Shown here in pieces: positions 1 to 9,548 of a stretch of DNA of 64,000 bases. The position numbers and the translations under genes are program-made. How positions within the stretch are numbered: position 1 is the first letter of the stretch; each line of letters opens with the position of its first letter. The stretch is from Candidatus Woesearchaeota archaeon (lineage in GTDB: Archaea > Nanobdellota > Nanobdellia > SCGC-AAA011-G17 > UBA489), in NCBI GenBank assembly GCA_018302985.1, contig JAGVZA010000002.1, positions 32,228 through 96,227 on the forward strand, written 5' to 3'. The notes beneath the pieces were generated by a model, which had not been told where the DNA came from, did no database searches, and saw nothing but the letters and a program-made list of their open reading frames with translations.

Positions 1-411
1 CTAGGTGCAGAACTCATACAGGAAAAAGAAGTTGTAGAAAAAAATAAAGAAGCAATCTATAAAAAATTCCCCATTCTCCATGAACGAAGAAAACAATTAG
101 CCTTCGGTCTCAGCGGCGGTCAGCAGCAAGTGCTTGCTATTGCGCGTTCCTTAATGCAAAACCCTTCGTTATTGCTCATGGATGAACCTTCTTTAGGATT
201 ATCTCCCAAAGCACAAACAGAAATTTTTGCTACCATTAAAAAACTTAGAGATGAAGGTATTGCCATAGTTATTGTAGAACAAAATGCCAAGAAAGCTATT
301 GAACTCGCGGACAGAACTTATCTTTTGGAAGAGGGAAAAATAGTTTTGGAAGGAAATAAGTCCATAGTCAAGCATCCCAAGATTAAGAGCGTCTATTTGG
401 GCGGGGCTTAA
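1..411 (+). CDS. livF: Branched-chain amino acid ABC transporter ATP-binding subunit, 5'-truncated by window edge
   Basis: Frame is open from base 1: FPILHERRKQLAFGLSGGQQQVLAIAR (ABC signature), LLLMDEPSLGLSP (Walker B/D-loop), VEQN, YLG terminus. Confidence 0.9.
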   Translation, partial: LGAELIQEKEVVEKNKEAIYKKFPILHERRKQLAFGLSGGQQQVLAIARSLMQNPSLLLMDEPSLGLSPKAQTEIFATIKKLRDEGIAIVIVEQNAKKAIELADRTYLLEEGKIVLEGNKSIVKHPKIKSVYLGGA

Positions 412-550
412 GAAAACAGAGTTCTCCCTTCTTTCGTAAATATGCTCTTGCTGAGATTTTTGGCATATCCTTTAAATGATAATTAATAGTTATAGTGGTT
501 ACAGTCCTCAAAAGAAAAAGATTTTTATAGTATCTATAAATTTAGTTTAT

Positions 551-1435
551 ATGGAGCCTGTATTTTATTTTAATCCTTATGATAATCGTTTTATTCCGAG
601 CTATCATGTACCTGAAACACTCCTTACAGAAAGTCAACAAGAATTAGTAAGAGGAAAAGGTGGAGAACCCGATAATGAGTATGGGCATCAAGGTTGTTAC
701 GATCTAAGCAGAGGGGATTTTCCAAGTATTTTTTATAAAGATAGATCTATCATGATGCATGGTCATTCTGTTCCTATTATTGTTGCTTCTCTGCTTTGTA
801 TTCCAAAAGGAAGTAGGTGCTCTTTAGAAGAGATGGTGCATACAGAATATTTTAAAAAAGGTAGAACTATAGATTGTCCTTACCAAGCGGATGTGCATGC
901 AGCCCAGATGTTAGTAAAAGATATGAAAAGTTTTCCTTTAGAACCATTCTATGAACGTCTTTTCCAGCAATCGATACCTGTAACTATAGATGGGAGACTG
1001 TCTGAACAAACTGGTGCCGTCGTAGAATTTAATCCACATAGAATGATGTTCAGTGCAGAAGCAATGAAGAAACATGCAGATGATATTGACTGGTTCACAA
1101 AGGTATATTTGCACGAATGGTATCATGTTATAGAATTAGATTTAGGAACGTTTGTTGAATCTACTTTTAAGGATCATCCCAGATGGAGAATAGAACGTAA
1201 GCAAGATTCAGTATTCAAAGATAGAAAAGAATATACTGCACTAAACACTTTCAATGTAGCATGGGAATGTGAAAGAAGGGAATTCAATGATGGATGGCCC
1301 TTTGAATTTGCAGAACTGCTTGCCGCATTGACTTATTTAAAACACCCAGAACTAGTAGAGAAAGTAAGGCCTCTGCATGCACAATTACTAAGAAGAAAAG
1401 GCTATCAAAGGCACCTATTTCTGCCACATATCTAA
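551..1435 (+). CDS. Hypothetical protein with zincin-like HEXXH motif
   Basis: VYLHEWYH plus downstream FEFAE. ATG at 551 (MEPVFYF) is preferred over 476 because AT-rich TATA-like sequence lies just upstream. Confidence 0.6.
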   Translation: MEPVFYFNPYDNRFIPSYHVPETLLTESQQELVRGKGGEPDNEYGHQGCYDLSRGDFPSIFYKDRSIMMHGHSVPIIVASLLCIPKGSRCSLEEMVHTEYFKKGRTIDCPYQADVHAAQMLVKDMKSFPLEPFYERLFQQSIPVTIDGRLSEQTGAVVEFNPHRMMFSAEAMKKHADDIDWFTKVYLHEWYHVIELDLGTFVESTFKDHPRWRIERKQDSVFKDRKEYTALNTFNVAWECERREFNDGWPFEFAELLAALTYLKHPELVEKVRPLHAQLLRRKGYQRHLFLPHI

Positions 1436-1513
1436 GAAAATACAGAAAACATTTCTAAAAAGCTATATAAACACCAGAAAACCCTATTCCTTCAGGTAAA
1501 AAGAGTGTGAAAC

Positions 1514-3085
1514 ATGGCTGAAGAAGACGCAGGTGTACCAGCACCAACGGCAGGAATTTCTTTTCATATAGACTCTGTTCCAGAAGTTATTACCCTGCCA
1601 GACGTGCATGATAAGACTCAATTGAACATAATCTATCCTTTGATTCCTCCATATGCTTTTGCTCACATCTACTGGGATCCTGCCAATGATGAATTGAGAT
1701 ATGAAGTCGAAGAGCCAAAATTAGATGATAATGAAGCTCATATTCTCAGCGTGGTAGAAAAAGGCATTGAAGAATTAATTAATATCAGTTTCATTAATGT
1801 TAAACGAACAGACGTAGTTATAGTCTATCTGGAAAAAAACATTGCAGTGTTGCTGGCGGAGTTAGGCATTAAAGTCTCAGAAGAAACTTTCTCCAAGATT
1901 ATGTATTACATTTATAGAAATTTTGTAGGTTTAAATCAGATCGAGCCTCTGATGAAAGATTATTTTATTGAAGACATCGAATGCAACGGAGTCAATGCTC
2001 CTCTGTATATCGTCCACAGAAAGTACAGGAACATCAAAACTAATATTATTTTCAAAGATCCCCAAGAATTAACTTCATTCGTAGAAAAGCTGGCGCAAAA
2101 ATGTGGTAAATATATTTCTTATGCTCATCCTATTTTGGATGGAAGACTTCCAGATAAAAGCAGAGCTAATGCTTCTTATACACAGGATATTTCTACTAGA
2201 GGTCCAGCGTTCACTATCAGAAAATTTACTGCAGAACCTTACAGCCCAACAAAACTTATGCAATTGAAAACTGTCTCTCCAGAAATGTTAGCCTACCTCT
2301 GGTTAGTTATTGAACACGAAGCTAGTTTTTTAGTCATCGGAGGAACTGGATCAGGTAAAACCTCTATGCTCAATAGTCTTGCTTTTTTCATTCCACCAGA
2401 ATCAAGAATAGTATCCATTGAAGACACTCATGAATTAAATCTTATGCATGAAAACTGGTTGCCATCAGTAGCAAGAGAAGCAACTGGCGTAGGTGCAGAA
2501 GGCAATGTTGGTGAAGTAGATCTTTTTGCCTTGCTCAAGGAATCCTTCCGTCAGCGTCCAGATTATGTTATTGTCGGTGAGATTAGAGGAAAAGAAGCTT
2601 ATGTCTTGTTCCAGGGAGCAGCCTCTGGTCACGCTGTAGCTTGTACTCTCCATGCTGAAGATGTAGACACTATGATTCGCAGATTGGAAAATGAGCCTAT
2701 TAACTTGTCAGGATCATTATTGGAAACCATTGATATTGTTTGCATTATGGGGCAAGTGCATGTCCAAGGTGAAGAAGTGCGTCGAGTCAAGGCAGTCGTA
2801 GAAATTGTCTCAGTCAGTGATAAGGGAGAAGCAATCACTAATACTCCTTTTGTCTGGGATCCAAAAACAGATTCCTTCTTTTTCAAAACTGAAAGTGTTA
2901 TGTTCAATAAGTTAGTGCAGGAATTTGGCCTGTCTCCTGAGTATTTGCAGCAGGAATTTTCCAGAAGAACAAAATTATTCATAGAATTATACAAAAGAAA
3001 TATTATTGACTATCGCGAAGTCCAAAAAATAATTAATGCTTATTATAAAACCCCGCAAGAAATAATCCGCAAATTTAATCTCTGA
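1514..3085 (+). CDS. Type II/IV secretion ATPase (archaeal pilus assembly, VirB11/CpaF/FlaI family)
   Basis: IEDIECNG, FTIRKF, Walker A GGTGSGKT, SIEDTHE, RQRPDYVIVGEIRG, GH..CTLHA. Confidence 0.93.
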   Translation: MAEEDAGVPAPTAGISFHIDSVPEVITLPDVHDKTQLNIIYPLIPPYAFAHIYWDPANDELRYEVEEPKLDDNEAHILSVVEKGIEELINISFINVKRTDVVIVYLEKNIAVLLAELGIKVSEETFSKIMYYIYRNFVGLNQIEPLMKDYFIEDIECNGVNAPLYIVHRKYRNIKTNIIFKDPQELTSFVEKLAQKCGKYISYAHPILDGRLPDKSRANASYTQDISTRGPAFTIRKFTAEPYSPTKLMQLKTVSPEMLAYLWLVIEHEASFLVIGGTGSGKTSMLNSLAFFIPPESRIVSIEDTHELNLMHENWLPSVAREATGVGAEGNVGEVDLFALLKESFRQRPDYVIVGEIRGKEAYVLFQGAASGHAVACTLHAEDVDTMIRRLENEPINLSGSLLETIDIVCIMGQVHVQGEEVRRVKAVVEIVSVSDKGEAITNTPFVWDPKTDSFFFKTESVMFNKLVQEFGLSPEYLQQEFSRRTKLFIELYKRNIIDYREVQKIINAYYKTPQEIIRKFNL

Positions 3086-3087
3086 TC

Positions 3088-4122
3088 ATGGACAATGTAC
3101 ACTCTAATAAATATATGGTATCGAAAAAGAAACGAAAGCAATACTTGCGAGACATTAATGCAGATCCCAAAGTATTAGAACGTTTGAAAGCGCCAAAAAA
3201 ACAGCAACCTCTGCAAGTTGAGTATACTGTCTACAAGCCTAATGCTTTTGGAAAAGTTGCTAACACTTTTGTAGGTTCCTCTGCACAGACTATTGAACAT
3301 CTCTTTCCTGCCTTTGCTAAAAATATTACCCATCAATTGCGCATGGCAAGCGTGAAAGTCTTGTCACAAACCTATCTGAACATGATGGTGTTTGCTCTGC
3401 TGATTACTTTCTTGATCGGTTCCATAGGCACAGTTCTAGCAGCACGTCTTGTGCAAGCTACACTAAGCACGACTATTCTGTTTGCTGCCTTAATAGGTAT
3501 AGGATTAACAGTTGTCTGTGGTGTTATTTTTGCAGTGTATCCTGCTACTGTGGTCAGCAAGCGAAGTCATCAAATAAAAAATGATTTGCCTTTTGCTATT
3601 ATTCACATGTCTACTATTGCTGGTTCTGGTGCTGAGCCTATGGCTATGTTTAAATTATTATTAAACGCAAATGAGTACAAAGGTTTGGACAGTGACGTAA
3701 AGAGAATTGTAAATTATGTCAATTTATTTGGTTATGATTTGTCTACAGCTTTGAAAACTGTTGCATCAACAACGCCTTCCAAGCAATGGAAAGATGTCTT
3801 AACTGGTATTACAACAACTATAGAATCTGGAGGATCATTAAAATCTTATCTCAGAAGTATGGCTGATGATACCATGAATGCTTATAGATTAGAAAGAAAA
3901 AAATATATAGAGACACTAGCAACTTATTCAGATATCTACACTGCAGTTTTGATTGCAGCTCCCTTGTTATTTATTGTAACTTTGGCTATTATCAATATTT
4001 TAGGAGGAACTATTGGAGGATTTTCAGTGAATACTTTGGCTAAAGCAGGAACTTATATTGTTATTCCTTTCCTGAATGTAGCATTTATTTTATTCCTCAA
4101 TATTATCAACCCCGACAAATGA
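3088..4122 (+). CDS. Type II secretion system F family (TadC/FlaJ-like) membrane platform protein
   Basis: LPFAIIHMSTIAGSG, TPSKQWKDVLTGITTTIESGGSLKSYL, several TM helices, directly after the ATPase. Alternative start 3115. Confidence 0.88.
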   Translation: MDNVHSNKYMVSKKKRKQYLRDINADPKVLERLKAPKKQQPLQVEYTVYKPNAFGKVANTFVGSSAQTIEHLFPAFAKNITHQLRMASVKVLSQTYLNMMVFALLITFLIGSIGTVLAARLVQATLSTTILFAALIGIGLTVVCGVIFAVYPATVVSKRSHQIKNDLPFAIIHMSTIAGSGAEPMAMFKLLLNANEYKGLDSDVKRIVNYVNLFGYDLSTALKTVASTTPSKQWKDVLTGITTTIESGGSLKSYLRSMADDTMNAYRLERKKYIETLATYSDIYTAVLIAAPLLFIVTLAIINILGGTIGGFSVNTLAKAGTYIVIPFLNVAFILFLNIINPDK

Positions 4123-4928
4123 ACAAATTCAAACTCAGTTACATGGTGGAAATTTTTATCTCTCTGTTAGCTGTAGCCATAGATGTTTATTTCTTCTGGG
4201 GAAAACGTCCTTTTTGGCCTGTTGCTATTATAGTCCTGTCTTTAGGATGGTTGCATTTTTGGATAGATTTTTTTGCAGAGAACAAAAGGCAAAAGGAAAT
4301 TGAACTGAAATTCGTAGAGTTCGCTCGTACCTTAGTGGAATCTGTCAAATCTGGAGTTTCCATTCCTCGATCCATTATGAATATTGCTCAGAAAGATTTT
4401 GGTGCATTAAGTCCTTACTTAAAAAAATTAGCACATCAAATTGAATGGGGCATCCCAACAAGAAAAGCCTTGCTCACTTTCAGTGCAGACACTAATAATC
4501 GAGTTATCAAACGTTCAGTCTCTATTTTAGTTGAAGCAGAGCAAAGCGGCGGAGATATTTCTAATGTTTTGGAGTCTGTTGTAGAATCTGTCATCAACAT
4601 CAAGAAGATGCGTGAAGAAAGAAAATCATCAGTCTATTCGCAAATAGTGCAAGGATACATTGTCTATTTTATCTTCATTGTCATCATGCTCATCTTGCAG
4701 TTATGGTTATTCCCTAAGTTAGGTAATCTTTCTGTTGGAGGCAGCACACCAGGAGAGTTTAACTTGAATCCAACATTCTTTGGTTTAATTATGATCCAAG
4801 GATTCTTTGCAGGCATTATGATTGGAAAATTCTCTGAAGGCACTATCAAGCAAGGGGTATTGCATGCTTTAATTTTGATGACTGTTGCAGCCTTAATTAT
4901 CACCACAGTAAAGGGAAGTATTCTATGA
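4119..4928 (+). CDS. Second type II secretion system F family (TadC-like) protein
   Basis: FVEFARTLVESVKSG, QIEWGIP, EAEQSGGDI, IQGFFAGIMIGKFSEG; ATGA overlap with the previous gene. Confidence 0.88.
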   Translation: MNKFKLSYMVEIFISLLAVAIDVYFFWGKRPFWPVAIIVLSLGWLHFWIDFFAENKRQKEIELKFVEFARTLVESVKSGVSIPRSIMNIAQKDFGALSPYLKKLAHQIEWGIPTRKALLTFSADTNNRVIKRSVSILVEAEQSGGDISNVLESVVESVINIKKMREERKSSVYSQIVQGYIVYFIFIVIMLILQLWLFPKLGNLSVGGSTPGEFNLNPTFFGLIMIQGFFAGIMIGKFSEGTIKQGVLHALILMTVAALIITTVKGSIL

Positions 4929-5650
4929 GGGGAAAAAAAGGATTAGACTACATTGACTGGAGTATTAGTATGGGTATTTTTATTGTAGCTATCACAGCTT
5001 TATTTGTCTTTCTCAAGCCAGGAGCGCGTCCAGAACATAATCAAGATACCTTAATCAATCTTGTAGAGCAACAATTCACTAAAGAAACGCAATGGTTTGT
5101 CCATGAAACTCCCCTCTTTATAGAACATTTTCAAGCACTCTATGGTACAGGCAGTCCAGTGGAAATTAAAATAGAAGCTGATATGATGCGTTTAACCACT
5201 ATCAGACCTCCCCCAAGTAATATTTTTATAGTTTCTCCTCTCCCTGCAACTACTGTAAGATGGAATTGTAATGCAATAAATTGTGATAATACCCAGTTCA
5301 AACTATTCGGAACAACAAACACAGTACAAGAGTCAACTCAAATGGAAATAACTTGCACTCCCTTAAATGATCCTATAGCCTGCGCTGCAGTATTAGGTGC
5401 AACCATCACTCATCAAGGCATGCAGCAAAGTAAAATCACTTTATTAGGTACGCAAGACTATAATGCTATCAAAAGCACCTGGACATATCCTCTCCAAAAA
5501 GAATTTGCAATTTATCAAGATGGTCATAAGATCATCGGTGGCCAAGAGCCAGCGCAACAAGTAGAGGTGTTTGTAAAAGAAGCAAACATGAATCTGGTAG
5601 CAGCAGATGGCACACAAACTACAACAACAATTAATATTCGAGTCTGGTAA
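4925..5650 (+). CDS. Pilin-like protein with class III signal peptide
   Basis: MRGKKG|LDYIDW followed by a hydrophobic helix; C-terminal INIRVW; operonic with the pilus genes. Confidence 0.7.
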   Translation: MRGKKGLDYIDWSISMGIFIVAITALFVFLKPGARPEHNQDTLINLVEQQFTKETQWFVHETPLFIEHFQALYGTGSPVEIKIEADMMRLTTIRPPPSNIFIVSPLPATTVRWNCNAINCDNTQFKLFGTTNTVQESTQMEITCTPLNDPIACAAVLGATITHQGMQQSKITLLGTQDYNAIKSTWTYPLQKEFAIYQDGHKIIGGQEPAQQVEVFVKEANMNLVAADGTQTTTTINIRVW

Positions 5651-5651
5651 C

Positions 5652-6065
5652 ATGAACAAAAAAGGATTTGTCAGAACATTGGAAGCAGTCATTGCAGTCA
5701 TTATAGTATTAGGGATAATCTTGGTCGTAGCACCAAAACCTTCTTCACAGCAATCTGAAACTCCAGAAAGTCTCAAGGAAGCGCAATCATTTATCTTGGA
5801 TCGTATAAGCACCAATGAAGCACAGCGTACCTGTATCCAAAATTTAGCTCCAACAGCAGCTGGAGAATGCGCAGCTCTCTGTCCATCCATAGACACATTC
5901 GTACAACAAAATCAACCCAAAGGATATGACTATCGTTGTGAAATTTGTAACAGTGCAAGTACTTGTTCTAGTGCATTACCTTTGGATAAATCACTCTATA
6001 CTGATAGTAGGCTAATAGCAACAACCCCGGCAAAAGTACTTCGTTTAGTGTTCTGGGCACAATAA
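5652..6065 (+). CDS. Pilin-like protein with class III signal peptide
   Basis: Start moved to ATG 5652: MNKKG|FVRTLEAVIAVIIVLGIIL; Cys-rich exported domain; ends VLRLVFW. Confidence 0.75.
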   Translation: MNKKGFVRTLEAVIAVIIVLGIILVVAPKPSSQQSETPESLKEAQSFILDRISTNEAQRTCIQNLAPTAAGECAALCPSIDTFVQQNQPKGYDYRCEICNSASTCSSALPLDKSLYTDSRLIATTPAKVLRLVFWAQ

Positions 6066-6938
6066 TTATTTTCTAATTTTAGCTACAAAAAATCCTTCAG
6101 TGTCTTGATACTGTGGCCAGATTCTTAGCCCTGTAGTTTGATCAGCTTTGATAGGCAAATCAATCGTTTCCAACTTGCCACCAACTTTATCCAAAAGATA
6201 CTGGACTACTTCCTCATTTTCTTCAGGCTCCAGAGAACAAGTAGAATACACAAGTGTGCCTCCAGGTTTCAATAAAGAGAAGGCATGTTTGATTAATTTC
6301 TTTTGTAATTTTGCTAAACGTTTAATAGTCCTAGGATTCCACTCAAGTAAAGTCTTTTTTGTTTGTTTAGTTTCTCCTTTAATAGTTCCAGAGGCAGAGC
6401 ACGGTGGATCCAAAAGAATCTTGTCAAAAGGATTGCCTAAATATCTTTCTGCAGCAATGCACAGTACATCAACATTAGTCACGCCACATCTCTGTAAATT
6501 CTTGCGTAAGATAGTGGCACGAAAGCTATTCGAGTCAATAGCAATAATCTGTCCTTTGTTTTGCATCATCGCAGCCATTTGAGTAGTTTTTCCGCCAGGA
6601 GCAGCGCACAATTCTAAAACTCTCTGGCCTGGTTGAGGATCTAACACAACTACAGGAAGCAGACTCACACTACTTTGCACAAAAAATAATCCTTCTTGAT
6701 GTTCTAGTAAATTCCCAATATCTCTTCTTTCTCCACTCATATAAAATCCTTCTTTGCACCAGGGAATAGATTCAAAAGTCCAGTCCTGGCGTGTTAATTG
6801 TTGAAGCAATGCTTTGATAGAAATCTTTAAGGTATTGACTCTGATAGAACGTCGTAAAAATTGTGCAACACTCTGTTGATAGGCTACAAAATCAGTTAAC
6901 TGGGAATATTTCTGTATGAATTTGTCTTTGAAGCGCAT
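6066..6938 (-). CDS. RsmB/NOP2 family RNA m5C methyltransferase
   Basis: SIRVNTLK, VLELCAAPGGKT, LLDPPCSASG, VYSTCSLEPEENE, TEGFFVA. Confidence 0.93.
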   Translation of the reverse strand: MRFKDKFIQKYSQLTDFVAYQQSVAQFLRRSIRVNTLKISIKALLQQLTRQDWTFESIPWCKEGFYMSGERRDIGNLLEHQEGLFFVQSSVSLLPVVVLDPQPGQRVLELCAAPGGKTTQMAAMMQNKGQIIAIDSNSFRATILRKNLQRCGVTNVDVLCIAAERYLGNPFDKILLDPPCSASGTIKGETKQTKKTLLEWNPRTIKRLAKLQKKLIKHAFSLLKPGGTLVYSTCSLEPEENEEVVQYLLDKVGGKLETIDLPIKADQTTGLRIWPQYQDTEGFFVAKIRK

Positions 6939-7004
6939 GAGAATATCAAGAAAAAAGAGTTAATAAAGATGGCGAATAAACAGTCAACAGAAGAGTATGC
7001 TCTT

Positions 7005-7616
7005 TTATTTGGTTCTTGGTGTTTGCAGCTGTTTAAGTCTTTGAATGACTTCATCATTGGGAATACGTCTGTAGCGTTGTTCTCCGCTGCCAACATCTAA
7101 GTGCTGGTCTTCACGAACAAAAAATCCACCACTCCAACCAGGAACTTTGTAAGCAACTGCAACATCTAAAGATTGAGGTTGAACTCCGGAACGAACAAGA
7201 GTAGCAGGCATAAGTTCTGTATAGCCTAGAAGAGACATAAAAACAGAATGTGTCAAAGAATCAGTGGCATCTGCTAATAAAGTGTCTTTGAAAAGAAAAC
7301 GACGTGTCTCAAGATTCTTTTGAAGATATTCATGAATGCCTGAAAAGTATGCGATTGCAGCATCTTTATCAGTCAGAGTATTTAGTCGATAATTTATTTG
7401 TGGAGTAAAAAAAGTAACATCGAAAGCTTTCTTAAGGAATTTAAGTCTTTCTTGATCAGCAACAACTGCTAATGCTAACTGTTCTTGTTGTATCGGGCTT
7501 TGCCAGTCTAGCGGTAAATAAACGCCTTGTTCTGTTGATTGAGAATCAAGCTGTCTAGGAGAACGACTTCTTTCTGGAGTCTTACGTTTTAATCTCTCAA
7601 AAAAGTTGAAGCTCAT
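7005..7616 (-). CDS. Hypothetical protein
   Basis: 203 aa ORF with TATA-like tttaaa about 25 bp upstream; no motif recognised. Confidence 0.6.
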   Translation of the reverse strand: MSFNFFERLKRKTPERSRSPRQLDSQSTEQGVYLPLDWQSPIQQEQLALAVVADQERLKFLKKAFDVTFFTPQINYRLNTLTDKDAAIAYFSGIHEYLQKNLETRRFLFKDTLLADATDSLTHSVFMSLLGYTELMPATLVRSGVQPQSLDVAVAYKVPGWSGGFFVREDQHLDVGSGEQRYRRIPNDEVIQRLKQLQTPRTK

Positions 7617-7674
7617 ATAGATACTGAGAAATATATGTTTAAAAAGCTATCTGTTAGCTGGAAAGTAGAAAGTA

Positions 7675-7748
7675 TGCGGCAGCCGGGATTTGAACCCGGA
7701 TCATTGCCTTGGCAAGGCAATATTCTAACCAGGTTTAACTACTACCGC
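7675..7748 (-). tRNA. tRNA-Gly(GCC), no intron, no encoded CCA
   Basis: Reverse complement GCGGTAG...TTGCC-TT-GCC-AA-GGCAA...CCGGG-TTCAAAT-CCCGG-CTGCCGC-A folds as a cloverleaf. Confidence 0.97.
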
Positions 7749-7761
7749 ATCCAGAATAAGA

Positions 7762-7786
7762 CCCAAAACTGGACTATTTAAAGATT
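7762..7786 (-). promoter_or_regulatory. tRNA promoter (TATA AATCTTTAAATAG on - strand)
   Basis: 13 bp CTATTTAAAGATT is identical to the sequence upstream of tRNA-Val (50681-50693); both also carry CCCAAA. Confidence 0.7.
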
Positions 7787-7792
7787 ATGAGC

Positions 7793-7832
7793 TTCGAAAG
7801 AAAGTATGAATAAAGCGGAAAAAATGCGGTTT
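7793..7832 (+). repeat. Phased-CG intergenic element, partial copy
   Basis: CG at 7795, 7816 and 7827 (spacing 21, 11) in an A-rich context. Confidence 0.5.
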
Positions 7833-7874
7833 TTTCACCAGAAGAATTATAAATCCTAAAATGTTTGCTAATTT

Positions 7875-8069
7875 ATGGAAACAGTCACTATCCAAAAGAA
7901 AGAATATGAGAAGTTAAAGAGAATGGAATCAGAAGTAAAAAATACTAAGGAACAGCTCCAATCTTGGAAGTCAACAGCAGAAGTTCTACAAGATAAAGAA
8001 ATGATGAAAGACATTAAGGATAGTTTAGAAAATCTCAAGAAAGGAAAAATCTGGAAATCTAAATATTAA
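7875..8069 (+). CDS. Antitoxin-like small protein (RelB/Phd-YefM-like)
   Basis: V.I.K.EYEKL...TAEVLQDKEMMKDIKDSLENLKKGK resembles the C-terminus of YefM/RelB-type antitoxins. Confidence 0.6.
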   Translation: METVTIQKKEYEKLKRMESEVKNTKEQLQSWKSTAEVLQDKEMMKDIKDSLENLKKGKIWKSKY

Positions 8070-8326
8070 TAGACAGCATTATGGGTTCCAATAGTTAAAA
8101 CTAATATTTTCTCCTGCTCATCATCAATGAGATAAACCATTCGAAGATTAGAGCTTAACCAACAACTCCAACTACCTTCTAACTCTCTATCAAGTGGATG
8201 TGCATCTAAAGCTCGTCTTGGATCTGCTTTAAGTCGTTCTAGTTTTGGAAGAATATCTTGTCTTCGAGAGACATAGTTGTAAAATCTCTTTTGTATTTTT
8301 TTCTTAAGAAAGTCAAGAGAATACAT
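8066..8326 (-). CDS. RelE/YafQ family mRNA interferase toxin
   Basis: AHPLDRELEGSWSCWL..LRMVY.ID....LVLTIGTH..VY; ATG at 8326 overlaps the upstream TGA. Confidence 0.82.
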   Translation of the reverse strand: MYSLDFLKKKIQKRFYNYVSRRQDILPKLERLKADPRRALDAHPLDRELEGSWSCWLSSNLRMVYLIDDEQEKILVLTIGTHNAVY

Positions 8327-8712
8327 CAGCACCTGACCTTCATCACTGCCAACGTTTCAGGATACTTCTTGATCTTCTCTCCTAGTTGTTCATCAGTCTC
8401 AGAATGTAAAATTTCATACACAACCCCTTCAGTAATATCCAACACATCACATCTGCTTCCATTGAGAAAAATAGCTTCTGTCAGAAAATCATGTCCCATT
8501 TCTCGTAAGGAACAGCAGACCTCAACTTTCTTTGCTATGTGCTGCCAGCTTTCTCCCAGAGAAAAACGAATGCAATTAACATGGCCTCCACACCTGTTGC
8601 TAAATCTAACAAGGTTCAAAGAACTGCGAATATGTTCTCGTTTGTATTTTTGATTGAAATAGGCTCTGCGTTTTGATCGATAATAACTTGCTTTGATTTT
8701 TTCGTAGTCCAT
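8326..8712 (-). CDS. Small PD-(D/E)XK-like (CoiA-like) nuclease-fold protein
   Basis: H...K...TEAIF.NGSRCDVLD...VYEI..SE pattern. Confidence 0.5.
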   Translation of the reverse strand: MDYEKIKASYYRSKRRAYFNQKYKREHIRSSLNLVRFSNRCGGHVNCIRFSLGESWQHIAKKVEVCCSLREMGHDFLTEAIFLNGSRCDVLDITEGVVYEILHSETDEQLGEKIKKYPETLAVMKVRC

Positions 8713-8750
8713 GAACTAAGAAGTTGTCTAAGATTAATATGCTTGCTGGA

Positions 8751-8821
8751 GAAAAAACCGGAAAAACAGAGAGTGAAATCGAAAGACTTGCGGATGGGAT
8801 AGGTGAATTTGCGGAATTTTC
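8751..8821 (+). repeat. Phased-CG intergenic element, full copy
   Basis: CG at 8759, 8780, 8791 and 8812 (21/11/21); 48/71 ungapped identity to 18576-18646; first 36 nt match 50541-50576 at 31/36. Confidence 0.75.
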
Positions 8822-8860
8822 TCACAAAGAGTTATTTAGATTCTTTTGACATAGTAGAGA

Positions 8861-9190
8861 ATGAATGTAGAATCAATGAAAAAGATTTTGGAGAACTGCA
8901 CTGAGGAAACTATTGTTTTTGATGAACCGCATGTTTTAGTTCGTTGTGGAGAAAATGATATAACAAAGGAAAAGGTTCTGCATATACTATTGCATGAAAC
9001 AAACACGTTAACAAACATCATTGAAGCTCGTCCACAAGTCTACAGGGTTTACTTTCAATTGACTAAAAAAAGACAGTTAAAGGTTATTCTCGATCTCTGT
9101 GAATATAAAAAAATAAGGATTAGAACAGTGAAGATGATGAATAGAAAATTATATAAAAGCGCGAAACTAAGTTGGAGGAGACGATGGTAA
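8861..9190 (+). CDS. DUF4258-like putative toxin
   Basis: FDEPHV..RC.E.DI...V..IL, YRVYF, IRIRTV; overlaps a DUF2283-like gene, a typical archaeal pair. Confidence 0.5.
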   Translation: MNVESMKKILENCTEETIVFDEPHVLVRCGENDITKEKVLHILLHETNTLTNIIEARPQVYRVYFQLTKKRQLKVILDLCEYKKIRIRTVKMMNRKLYKSAKLSWRRRW

Positions 9191-9516
9191 AAACAAACAA
9201 CTATTATTGGGATTATAGCACCTATTCAGATATACTGCATGTACACAGGAAAGGAGAAATAAACAGAGGAAGTATCGAGTTAGGTGATTTTTGTATTGAT
9301 CTCAACAAAAAAGATGAAGTAGTAGGCATAGAGATAGAATGGGCTTCAGAGTTTTTTAGTCAATTAGATATTACCAAAGAACAATTAACACAGATCACCG
9401 ACGCAGAATTAATTATTGACAAACGAAATCCTCAGGCGCATATTATTTTTCTTAGCTTGAAGTTTCCAACACTAACAAAGAAAATTGCTATACCTATGCA
9501 AGTGTTAACTGCATAA
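9184..9516 (+). CDS. DUF2283 family protein (putative antitoxin)
   Basis: WDY...SDILHV, GSIELGDFCIDLNKKDEVVGIEIEWAS; GGAGGAG upstream of ATG 9184. Confidence 0.75.
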   Translation: MVKTNNYYWDYSTYSDILHVHRKGEINRGSIELGDFCIDLNKKDEVVGIEIEWASEFFSQLDITKEQLTQITDAELIIDKRNPQAHIIFLSLKFPTLTKKIAIPMQVLTA

Positions 9517-9548
9517 GCAACACTAATCAGAAAATACTCCGAAAAAAG

